A DNA stretch of 64,000 nt, from contig JBPBQW010000110.1 of NCBI GenBank assembly GCA_050955125.1, positions 1,441 to 65,440 on the forward strand. Direction: 5' to 3'. Positions 50,084 through 57,884 of the stretch are shown piece after piece (positions within the stretch are counted from its first letter, which is position 1; each line of letters starts with the position of its first letter). The position numbers and the translations under genes were made by a program. This DNA is from Janthinobacterium lividum (GTDB lineage Bacteria > Pseudomonadota > Alphaproteobacteria > Sphingomonadales > Sphingomonadaceae). The notes beneath the pieces are model-generated. The model was given only the letters and a program-made list of their open reading frames with translations, ran no database searches and was not told where the DNA came from.

Positions 50084-51127
50084 TCAGATCACGTGCGGCT
50101 GCTTGTCCACCATCCAGGTCTGTCCCTTGCTCAGCAGCGATTGCAGGTCGGCGCGCTTGCCCTCGCTCGCGGCGCGGTTCTGCTCCACCACCGCGCTGTC
50201 GAACGTCGGCGCGGGATCGTCGAGCAGGACGCCGAGCGCCATCGGGAATGCCCCGAACTCCATCTCGACCAGCAGGTGCGCCATCGTCCGGTTGGTCACG
50301 TCGTGGACCAGCACGCCCGCCGCCTGCCAGTCGCCGCCGGTCACCTCCACGACCTTCGGCTGCAGCCGCGCCATGTCGAGCGCGAGGCCCAGCGTGCCGC
50401 CGGCGAACAGCATCGGCTTGCCCGCTTCCAGCCAAAGCTGGTTGCGGTCCGCGCCCGCCTTCTTGTCGACGAACGGCGCGAACACGTCGTCGTTGTACAC
50501 GATGCAGTTCTGGAAGATTTCGACGAACGCGGTGCCTTGGTGCGCGTGCGCCGCCTTCAGGACCGGGACGAGGTTCTTGTTGACGTCGATCCCCCGCGCC
50601 ACGAACCGCGCGCCGCTGCCCAACGCAAAGGCGCACGGGTTGGCGGGGCGGTCGACCGAGCCGAGCGGCGTCGACGGCGTGCGCGTCCCGATGCGCGATG
50701 TCGGCGAATATTGCCCCTTGGTCAGCCCGTAGATCTCGTTGTTGAACAGCAGCACCTGGCAGTTCAGGTTGCGGCGGATGAGGTGCATCGTGTGGTTGCC
50801 GCCGATGCTGAGCGCATCGCCGTCACCGGTGATGATCCACACGTCGAGGTCGGGATTGGCGAGCTTCACCCCCGTCGCCACCGCCGGCGCGCGGCCGTGG
50901 ATGGTGTGGAAGCCGTACGTCTCCATGTAATAGGGAAAGCGCGACGAGCAGCCGATCCCCGACACGAACACCGTGTTCTCCGGCCGGACGCCGAGTTCGG
51001 GCATCGTGCGCTGCACCGCCTTCAGGATCGCATAGTCGCCGCAGCCGGGGCACCAGCGTACCTCCTGATCGGTCTCCCAATCCTTGGGCTTGCTCGCGAA
51101 GGGAGCGACGGGGGTCATGTCGTTCAT
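50084..51127 (-). CDS. korB: 2-oxoglutarate/2-oxoacid:ferredoxin oxidoreductase beta subunit
   Basis: Contains WCPGCGDYAIL and a TPP-binding fold (GDGDALSIGGNH). An alternative start lies at 51154. Confidence 0.9.
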   Translation of the reverse strand: MNDMTPVAPFASKPKDWETDQEVRWCPGCGDYAILKAVQRTMPELGVRPENTVFVSGIGCSSRFPYYMETYGFHTIHGRAPAVATGVKLANPDLDVWIITGDGDALSIGGNHTMHLIRRNLNCQVLLFNNEIYGLTKGQYSPTSRIGTRTPSTPLGSVDRPANPCAFALGSGARFVARGIDVNKNLVPVLKAAHAHQGTAFVEIFQNCIVYNDDVFAPFVDKKAGADRNQLWLEAGKPMLFAGGTLGLALDMARLQPKVVEVTGGDWQAAGVLVHDVTNRTMAHLLVEMEFGAFPMALGVLLDDPAPTFDSAVVEQNRAASEGKRADLQSLLSKGQTWMVDKQPHVI

Positions 51128-51199
51128 CGGGTCAGCTTCCGGGCCAAGGGCCAAAGTTCACAAAGGTCGCGCATGTCGACTGACAGGCGCCGATACCGG

Positions 51200-53179
51200 T
51201 CACGCCGGCTGTTCGTCGATCGCCTTCACCATGCCGTCGTCGAGATCGGCCACCGGATTGGGCAGTTGCGTCGTATCCACCGGCACCTCCCCGCCCTCGA
51301 TCCCGGAACCGCCGTCGAAATAGGCCAGGATCGCGTCCTCGATCTCCGAGATCCGGAACGGCTGGCCCGACACCTTGGTCAGCGATTTCGCATCGACGAG
51401 GAACTGGTCGCGCAGCACGGTTTTCAGCTGGCCGGTGTTCATCTCCGGCACCAGCACATGCTCGTAACTCTCCAGCAACGCGCCCAGGTTGCGCGGCATC
51501 GGCCAGATGTGGCGGATGTGGATGTGGGCGACGTCGACGCCGCGCTTGCGCAGCCGGCGGACCGCCTGGTGGATCGGTCCGAACGTCGATCCCCAGCCGA
51601 CGATCGCCAGCTTGCCCGACGCCTCGCCCAGCTCGACCTGCTGGTCGGGCATCGCGATGCCGTCGACCTTGGCCTTGCGGATGTCGGTCATCGCCTGGTG
51701 GTTGGCGGGCGAATAGTCGAGGTTGCCCGTGCCCTGCTGCTTCTCGATCCCGCCGATGCGGTGGAGGAGGCCGGGCGTCCCGGGCTTCACCCACGGCCGC
51801 GCGAGCTTTTCGTCGCGCGCATAGGGCAGGAAGCCGCCCTCGGGCACATGGTCGAGATACTGCACCGGGAACGGCGCGTAGCTGCTCATGTCCGGTACGC
51901 GCCACGGCTCGGCGGCGTTGGCGATATAGCCGTCGGTCAGCAGCATGACCGGCGTCATGTAGGTGACGGCGATCCGCACCGCCTCGATCGCGCAGTCGAA
52001 ACAGTCGGCTGCCGAGCGCGCGGCGATCACCGGCATCGGCGCGTCGCCGTTGCGGCCGTACACCGCCTGATAGAGGTCCGACTGCTCGGTTTTGGTCGGC
52101 AGGCCGGTCGACGGCCCGCCGCGCTGCGAGTTGACGATGACGAGCGGCAGCTCGGTCATGATCGCCAGCCCCATCGCCTCGCCTTTCAGCGCGATGCCGG
52201 GCCCCGACGACGAGGTGACGCCGAGCTGCCCCGCGTAGGACGCGCCTATCGCGGACGCGATCGCGGCGATCTCGTCCTCCGCCTGGAACGTCGTGACGCG
52301 ATATTCCTTGAGCCGCGCGAGGAAGTGCAGGATCGCGGAGGCGGGCGTGATCGGATAGCCGCCGAAGAACATCGGCACGTCGGCCAGCGTCGTGCCCGCG
52401 ACGAGGCCCAGGCTGATCGCCTCCGCGCCCGTGACCGTGCGGTACAGGCCGGGGGCGACCGGCGCGGCGGGCACCGTGTGCTGCTTCATCGGCCCCGACA
52501 GCTCCGCCGTCTCGCCATAGGCGTGGCCCGCGTTAAGCGCGGCGATGTTCGCCTCCGCCAGCGTCGGCGCCTTGGCGAACTTCGCGCGCAGCCAGTCGAC
52601 GATCGGCTGCCGGTCACGATCGAACATCCAGAGCGACAGCCCCAGCGTCCACATGTTCTTGCAGCGCAGCGACTCCTTGTTGCCGAGCCCGAACGGCTTG
52701 ACCGCATCGAGCGTCAGCTGACTGATGTTCAGCGTCATCAACTGCCATTTCGCCAGGCTGCCGTCGGTCAGCGGGTTGCTGGCGTATTTCGCCTTGTCGA
52801 GGTTGCGCTGCCCGAACTCGCCCTCGTCGGCGATGATGAGGCCGCCGACCTTCAGCGCGTCGACGTTCACCTTCAGCCCGGCCGGGTTCATCGCGATCAG
52901 CACGTCGGGCTGGTCGCCCGCGGTCTCGATGTCCGCCGAACCGAAATTGATCTGGAACGCGGAGACGCCGAACAGCGTCCCCTGCGGCGCGCGGATCTCG
53001 GCCGGAAAATCGGGGAAGGTCGCCAGGTCGTTGCCCGCGAGCGCGGTGGACAGCGTGAACTGCCCACCTGTCAGCTGCATCCCGTCGCCAGAGTCGCCGG
53101 CGAACCGCACGACGATCGACTCGGGATGGGGGTGCGCCTTCGACTCGGCGAGCGTGGTCTCATGGATGGCGGATGCCAT
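51200..53179 (-). CDS. korA: 2-oxoglutarate/2-oxoacid:ferredoxin oxidoreductase alpha subunit
   Basis: 659 aa. Contains VVRFAGDSGDGMQLTG and GYPITPAS. Confidence 0.92.
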   Translation of the reverse strand: MASAIHETTLAESKAHPHPESIVVRFAGDSGDGMQLTGGQFTLSTALAGNDLATFPDFPAEIRAPQGTLFGVSAFQINFGSADIETAGDQPDVLIAMNPAGLKVNVDALKVGGLIIADEGEFGQRNLDKAKYASNPLTDGSLAKWQLMTLNISQLTLDAVKPFGLGNKESLRCKNMWTLGLSLWMFDRDRQPIVDWLRAKFAKAPTLAEANIAALNAGHAYGETAELSGPMKQHTVPAAPVAPGLYRTVTGAEAISLGLVAGTTLADVPMFFGGYPITPASAILHFLARLKEYRVTTFQAEDEIAAIASAIGASYAGQLGVTSSSGPGIALKGEAMGLAIMTELPLVIVNSQRGGPSTGLPTKTEQSDLYQAVYGRNGDAPMPVIAARSAADCFDCAIEAVRIAVTYMTPVMLLTDGYIANAAEPWRVPDMSSYAPFPVQYLDHVPEGGFLPYARDEKLARPWVKPGTPGLLHRIGGIEKQQGTGNLDYSPANHQAMTDIRKAKVDGIAMPDQQVELGEASGKLAIVGWGSTFGPIHQAVRRLRKRGVDVAHIHIRHIWPMPRNLGALLESYEHVLVPEMNTGQLKTVLRDQFLVDAKSLTKVSGQPFRISEIEDAILAYFDGGSGIEGGEVPVDTTQLPNPVADLDDGMVKAIDEQPA

Positions 53180-53357
53180 GCGGGTTCCTTGAAGGTACGG
53201 CTTTGCCAGCCCTTTAGGCCCAGCGGGCGCGGGAGGCCACGGTAGATTGAACGGAGACGGGGCAAGCTGCGCTTCCCCGGTCCGTCATGCCAGCGAACGC
53301 CGGCGTCTTCGCGGAGGCGTTCCGACGTCGGCCGAGACGGCGGTCAGCTCAAAACCC

Positions 53358-53398
53358 GCTGTCCTACATCGCGCGTATTCGGCATAGGCTCATCGATG
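53358..53398 (+). promoter_or_regulatory. conserved upstream motif, copy 2 (GCTGTCCTACA ... GGCATAGGCT..TCGATG)
   Basis: See copy 1 at 44306. The 11-mer starts 38 nt before the ATG here, compared with 39 nt there. Confidence 0.5.
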
Positions 53399-53824
53399 AA
53401 CGATTCTCCCGACCCTGGCCGCGACATCGACGACATCCCCGACTTCACCCCCGTCCCGTTGCAGCGGGTGCGGCATGACGGGTGGACGCCCGAGCGCCAG
53501 CGGCGGTTCGTGGTCGCCCTCCGGCGGTTGGGCGTGGTCGCCGCGGCGGCACGCGCGGTGGGAATGTCCGTGCAATCGGCGTACCGGCTGCGCGAGCGGC
53601 CGGGGGCCGACTCGTTCGCCGCCGCCTGGGACGGCGCCTGCGCCGAGGCAGGGGAGCGCGCGTTCGAGGTCGCGCTCAGCCGCGGGATCGACGGCTATGT
53701 CCAACCGTTGTTCTACCGTGGCCGGCAGGTCGGCACGGCGCACCGGTTCGACAACCGTCTCGCGATGGCGGCGCTCAACGCGATGGACCGCGCACGTCCG
53801 CCCCGGCGGCAGGGGGGCGGATGA
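53396..53824 (+). CDS. conserved hypothetical protein with predicted HTH (paralog 2)
   Basis: Contains DGWTPERQRRFVVALRRLGVVAAAARAVGMSVQSAYRLRERPGADSFAAAWDGA and RFDNRLA. Confidence 0.7.
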   Translation: MNDSPDPGRDIDDIPDFTPVPLQRVRHDGWTPERQRRFVVALRRLGVVAAAARAVGMSVQSAYRLRERPGADSFAAAWDGACAEAGERAFEVALSRGIDGYVQPLFYRGRQVGTAHRFDNRLAMAALNAMDRARPPRRQGGG

Positions 53825-53850
53825 CGTCGATTCGCCGAACCTTCATCACC

Positions 53851-54807
53851 TTAGCGCGGACGAAATCCGTCCATCGCCGCGCCCAGCGTCAGGATCGCCG
53901 CCACGTGACGCCGCGCGATCGCGGGCTTGTCCGCGCCGTAGCCGCCGCCGACCGTGCTCGCCAGCGGCACACCTCGTGCCCGCGCCAGTCGCGCGACCAG
54001 CCGCTCGCGCCGCGCCAATCCGTCGTCGGTCAGCGCCAGCCGGCCGAGCTTGTCGCCCGCGAACGGGTCGACGCCCGCCTGGTACAGGATGATCTGCGGC
54101 CGCACCTCGTCCAGCAGCGGGACGAGCGTTGCCTCCAGCGTGGCGAGATACTCGTAGTCCGCCACCCCGTCGGCCAGCGGCACGTCGAGCGTCGAGCGCG
54201 CCTTGCGCGCCGGGAAGTTCTTGGCCGCGTGGATCGAATAGGTCGCGATCCCGGTCCGCCCCGCGGTCAGCGCCGCGGTGCCGTCGCCCTGGTGGACGTC
54301 GACGTCGACGACCAGCAGCCGGTCGACGGTGCCCTCCTCCACCAGCCGGACGGCGGCGAGCGCCAGGTCGTTGAACACGCAATAGCCCGCGCCCGTCTCG
54401 GCGAGTGCATGGTGGCTGCCGCCCGCGCTGTTGGCCGCGAAGCCGTGGCGGAGCGCCAGATGCGCGGCGAGCCAGGTGCCGCCCGGCACGACGGCGGCGC
54501 GGCGTGCGACCAGCGGCGTCACCGGAAAGCCGATCCGCCGCTCCTTCTCGCGCGGCACCCGTGCGCCAAGCACCTGCGCCACGTAGTCGGGGTCGTGCAC
54601 CTCCTCCAGCCAGCGGCGCGGCATCGGCTCGGGCACGTGCCAGTCGAGGCGCGCGCCGCTCGCGCGCAGCAGGTCGCGGATCAGGCCGTTCTTGCTCGAC
54701 TGCGCCATCGTCGAAGCCGGGAGGCTCGATGGCGGCGTGCCCGATTGCGGCGAGCCGTGCGGATCGACGGGGGCGATGTAGTCGGGGTGATGGACGATCG
54801 GGATCAC
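53851..54807 (-). CDS. histone deacetylase-family (acetoin utilisation/HDAC-like) amidohydrolase
   Basis: Contains VIPIVHHPDY, GGSHHA, YCVFNDLA, DVDVHQGDGT and GGGY. I chose the GTG start at 54807. The upstream half of ORF 53851..55752 is antisense to the esterase gene. Confidence 0.9.
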   Translation of the reverse strand: MIPIVHHPDYIAPVDPHGSPQSGTPPSSLPASTMAQSSKNGLIRDLLRASGARLDWHVPEPMPRRWLEEVHDPDYVAQVLGARVPREKERRIGFPVTPLVARRAAVVPGGTWLAAHLALRHGFAANSAGGSHHALAETGAGYCVFNDLALAAVRLVEEGTVDRLLVVDVDVHQGDGTAALTAGRTGIATYSIHAAKNFPARKARSTLDVPLADGVADYEYLATLEATLVPLLDEVRPQIILYQAGVDPFAGDKLGRLALTDDGLARRERLVARLARARGVPLASTVGGGYGADKPAIARRHVAAILTLGAAMDGFRPR

Positions 54808-54840
54808 ATGCGGGTAGGTAAGGCGCGCTTCCCCGTCCCG

Positions 54841-54873
54841 CCATTCCCCCCAGCCATTCCCCCCGCCATTCCC
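54841..54873. repeat. C-tract tandem repeat (CCATTCCCCCC x2 plus CCATTCCC)
   Basis: It lies in the 78-nt divergent region between the HDAC-like gene (start 54807) and the esterase gene (start 54886). The complementary strand carries GGG/GGGGGG runs. Confidence 0.8.
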
Positions 54874-54885
54874 ACGAGGCCTTCG

Positions 54886-55878
54886 ATGACCGACGACACG
54901 CCGCCCACCGGCCCCTTCGTCCGCCCCGACGTCGCCGGCTTCCTCGCCTATCTCAACAACGTGCCCGGCCCCAGGATGCACGAGCTGGCGGCACCGGTCG
55001 CCCGCGCGACCTATACCGCGATGAAGGATCTGGTGGACCCGCCGCTGGGCGAGCTGGCGACGGTCGCCGACCTGTCGATCCCGTCTGCCGCCGGCGCGAT
55101 CCCGGCCCGGCTGTTCGACGCGCGCGCATCGCGCGAACCCGGGCCCGCGGTCGTCTTCTTCCACGGCGGCGGGTTCGTGATCGGCGACCTCGACAGTCAT
55201 GCCAGTGCCTGCGCGGAGGCGGCGCGGGTGCTCGACCTGCCGGTGATCGCGGTCGACTACCGCCTGGCGCCCGAGCATCGCTGGCCCGCCGCGCCCGACG
55301 ATTGCGAGGCGGCGGCGCGCTGGGTCGCGGGCAGCCCGGCGGCGCTCGGCCGCCACGTCACCGGCCTCGTCCTGATGGGCGACAGCGCGGGCGGCACGCT
55401 CGCGATCGTCACCGCGATGGCGCTGCGCGACACGCCCGCGGCGGTGCCGGTGCTGGTGCAGGCGCCGATCTATCCCGCGACCGACTGGGACGGCGACTAT
55501 CCCTCGATGCGGGCGTTCTCCGACGGCTATCTGCTCACCGCCGCGTCGATGGCATGGTTCCGCGACAGCTATCAGGCGGACCTGACGCACCATCGCGGGT
55601 CGCCGCTGGCGGGGCGGATCGCCGGGCTGCCGCCGGCGGTGATCGTGACGGCCGGGCTCGACCCGATCCGCGACCAGGGCCGCGCCTATGCCGCGCGGCT
55701 GATCGAGGCGGGGGTCGCCGTCACCTATCGCGAGGCGGCGGGCAATATCCACGGCTTCCTGACGCTGCGCCGCGCGATCCCGTCCTCGGTCGGCGACGTG
55801 GCGAGCTTTCTGGCGGCGGTGCGGACAGCGGTGGTCGAGGCGGAGGGCGCGCGCGTCCTGCTGCAGGCGGCGGGCTGA
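54886..55878 (+). CDS. alpha/beta hydrolase, HSL/Aes-type esterase
   Basis: Contains the [12 protein letters not shown] (HGGG oxyanion) motif and GDSAGG nucleophile elbow, with GNIHGF near the C-terminus. Confidence 0.9.
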   Translation: MTDDTPPTGPFVRPDVAGFLAYLNNVPGPRMHELAAPVARATYTAMKDLVDPPLGELATVADLSIPSAAGAIPARLFDARASREPGPAVVFFHGGGFVIGDLDSHASACAEAARVLDLPVIAVDYRLAPEHRWPAAPDDCEAAARWVAGSPAALGRHVTGLVLMGDSAGGTLAIVTAMALRDTPAAVPVLVQAPIYPATDWDGDYPSMRAFSDGYLLTAASMAWFRDSYQADLTHHRGSPLAGRIAGLPPAVIVTAGLDPIRDQGRAYAARLIEAGVAVTYREAAGNIHGFLTLRRAIPSSVGDVASFLAAVRTAVVEAEGARVLLQAAG

Positions 55879-56360
55879 TGGCGACGGATATCGCCACCCT
55901 GCCCTATCGCCCTTGCGCGGGCATCCTGCTCGTCAACGCGGCGGGGCAGGTGTTCGTCGGCCAGCGGATCGACACGACGCTGGAGGCGTGGCAGCTGCCA
56001 CAGGGCGGGATCGATCCGGGCGAGGACGCGAGCGCCGCCGCGATCCGCGAGCTGGGCGAGGAAACGGGGATCACCCCCGATCTGGTCGAGCTGATCGCCG
56101 AGGCGCCCGACGAGCTCACCTACGATCTGCCGCCCGAGCTGATCGGCAAGGTGTGGAAGGGGCGCTACCGTGGCCAGCGGCAGCGGTGGTTCCTGTTCCG
56201 CTTCACAGGCTCGGACGACCGGATCGATCTCGAGACCGAACATCCGGAGTTCCGGGCCTGGCGCTGGGTCGATCCGGCGGAGCTGCCGACGCTGGCCGTC
56301 CCGTTCAAGCGCGAGCTGTACGAGCGACTGCTCCATATCTTCGCGGACCGGCTTTGCTGA
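55878..56360 (+). CDS. rppH: RNA pyrophosphohydrolase (Nudix)
   Basis: [11 protein letters not shown], then [28 protein letters not shown] (Nudix box). Its start overlaps the esterase stop (TGATG). Confidence 0.92.
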   Translation: MATDIATLPYRPCAGILLVNAAGQVFVGQRIDTTLEAWQLPQGGIDPGEDASAAAIRELGEETGITPDLVELIAEAPDELTYDLPPELIGKVWKGRYRGQRQRWFLFRFTGSDDRIDLETEHPEFRAWRWVDPAELPTLAVPFKRELYERLLHIFADRLC

Positions 56361-56416
56361 TCCTCCGTTCGCCGACAGTCGCTTTCGCCCGGCGCCAGAT
56401 CGGCTAGGGAGCGGGC

Positions 56417-57376
56417 ATGCGTCACCCGTTCGCGTTCGCCGGCTTTCTCATCGTCTGCGGCGGGATCGCCGGCCCGGCGCTGGCCACGCCGTCGGTGACG
56501 GCGACCACCGCCGCCGCCGGCGATCCGCAGACCGATCCCGCGACCATCCCGCCGCCGATCCGCGCGATGCTCGACGCCGCACTGTCGTCCGGCAACGACG
56601 GCGAGGTCGCGACGATCGTCAAATACGCGCGCACCGCCGACCCCGCCAGCGGCGACGCGGTGCAGGCGCTGGCGCAGCGCTGGCACGACGACAAGGTCGC
56701 CGCCAACGAGATGCGGGTGCGCGAGGCGACCTTCCTCCAGCTGTGGAGCGGCAAGGCGGAGCTCGGCGGGTTCCTGACCACGGGCAATTCGAACACCGCG
56801 GGGGTGACGATCAACCTGAACGCGCTGCGCGAGGGGATCAACTGGCGCCAAAAGTTCCACGGCCAGTTCGATTACCAGGAGAGCTTGGGCGTCGTCACCC
56901 GCAACCACTACCTCGCCAGCTACGAGCCCAACTACAAGTTCGGGCCGCGCGGCTATGTCTACGGCCAGCTGCAATATGAAAGCGACCGGTTCCTGGGCTT
57001 CTATGATCGCGCGTCGGGATCGGCGGGCATCGGCTACAGCGCGATCAAGCTGCCGCACCTCCAGCTCGATCTCGAGGCGGGCCCCGCCTATCGTTACACC
57101 GCCTACACCGACGACACGCAGCGCGGCAGCATCGCCGCGCGCGGCAGCGTCGACCTCAAATGGCAGGTGATCCGCGGCATCTCGTTCACCGAGATCGCGT
57201 CGGGCTATGCCGAGCGGTACAGCAGCACGATCTCGGCGGCGAGCACGGTCAGCGCCAAGCTGTTCGGCCCGCTGTCCGCCAACCTGTCCTACACCGTGCA
57301 GTACGAGAGCCGGCCGCCGGCAGGATCGGTGACGACCGACACGACCAGCCGGGCGGGGCTGGCCTACAGCTTCTGA
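56417..57376 (+). CDS. DUF481 outer-membrane beta-barrel protein
   Basis: Signal peptide, then GFLTTGNSNT, YLASYEPNYKF and QYESDRFLGF. The C-terminus ends GLAYSF. Confidence 0.85.
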   Translation: MRHPFAFAGFLIVCGGIAGPALATPSVTATTAAAGDPQTDPATIPPPIRAMLDAALSSGNDGEVATIVKYARTADPASGDAVQALAQRWHDDKVAANEMRVREATFLQLWSGKAELGGFLTTGNSNTAGVTINLNALREGINWRQKFHGQFDYQESLGVVTRNHYLASYEPNYKFGPRGYVYGQLQYESDRFLGFYDRASGSAGIGYSAIKLPHLQLDLEAGPAYRYTAYTDDTQRGSIAARGSVDLKWQVIRGISFTEIASGYAERYSSTISAASTVSAKLFGPLSANLSYTVQYESRPPAGSVTTDTTSRAGLAYSF

Positions 57377-57427
57377 CCGCCGGGGTGTCGGCTTAACGTA
57401 CAGGTAACCACGTTCGCGGGAGTCCGA

Positions 57428-57691
57428 ATGGCGGAAATCCGGGACTGGCCCGTGCCTTGCAATAATCCGATCATGTGGTTTCGCTTCTCCCGCCTGTTCG
57501 TCATCAAGTCCAAGTTCGAGGCGTTCCTCGTCATCTATGGCCTGGGCACCGGCGCCGTCGAACGGGGCATGCACTATCTGCAGCAATATCCCGGAGTCGG
57601 CGGCAAGCTGCTGTTCGCGGCGTCGCCGGTCGCGGTGTTCATGGCGGCGACCCGGATCCTCGACTCGCTGGAACGAGCCCGCGGGGACTGA
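57428..57691 (+). CDS. small hypothetical membrane protein
   Basis: 87-aa ORF with two hydrophobic stretches, in a locally lower-GC region. There is no family call, and the start may be the internal M at MWFRF. Confidence 0.4.
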   Translation: MAEIRDWPVPCNNPIMWFRFSRLFVIKSKFEAFLVIYGLGTGAVERGMHYLQQYPGVGGKLLFAASPVAVFMAATRILDSLERARGD

Positions 57692-57758
57692 CGGGGTCGC
57701 AAAGACATACGCCAGAACAGCCGCCAGCCGAGGCTGGACCAGCCGCCTTTTGCTGGAA

Positions 57759-57774
57759 GTTGCACCGCTGCAAC
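57759..57774. promoter_or_regulatory. palindrome GTTGCA-CCGC-TGCAAC (candidate operator)
   Basis: It lies about 110 nt upstream of the second TonB-dependent receptor. Further inverted repeats lie nearby (GTGACACT...AGTGTCGC and CCCGGA-CATGA-TCCGGG). Confidence 0.35.
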
Positions 57775-57884
57775 ACAAGATCGATGGCAGTTTTGTGACA
57801 CTCGCCGCGTAACAATAGTGTCGCATAGCTCTCCTACCTGCCCCCCATCGGCCCGGACATGATCCGGGAAAAGGGGAAACGACG

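Noticed and set aside
47963-53245. 1760-aa plus-strand ORF, the longest in the track
   Set aside because: It runs antisense across four well-supported minus-strand genes (cfa, photolyase, korB, korA). Its translation is Arg/Pro/Gly/Ala-rich low-complexity sequence with no motifs. It is an expected artefact of stop-codon scarcity in GC-rich DNA.
53851-55752. 633-aa minus-strand ORF read as one protein
   Set aside because: Only the C-terminal 318 aa (from GTG 54807) is HDAC-like. The upstream half is antisense to the esterase gene, which has clear HGGG and GDSAGG motifs, and crosses the repeat-filled intergenic region.
57692-57884. Possible cobalamin or other riboswitch upstream of the TonB-dependent receptors (also 30952-31078)
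   Set aside because: I could not recognise a B12-box or any other known riboswitch core by eye. The first region is too short. Only generic dyads are reported, and an Infernal scan would be decisive.
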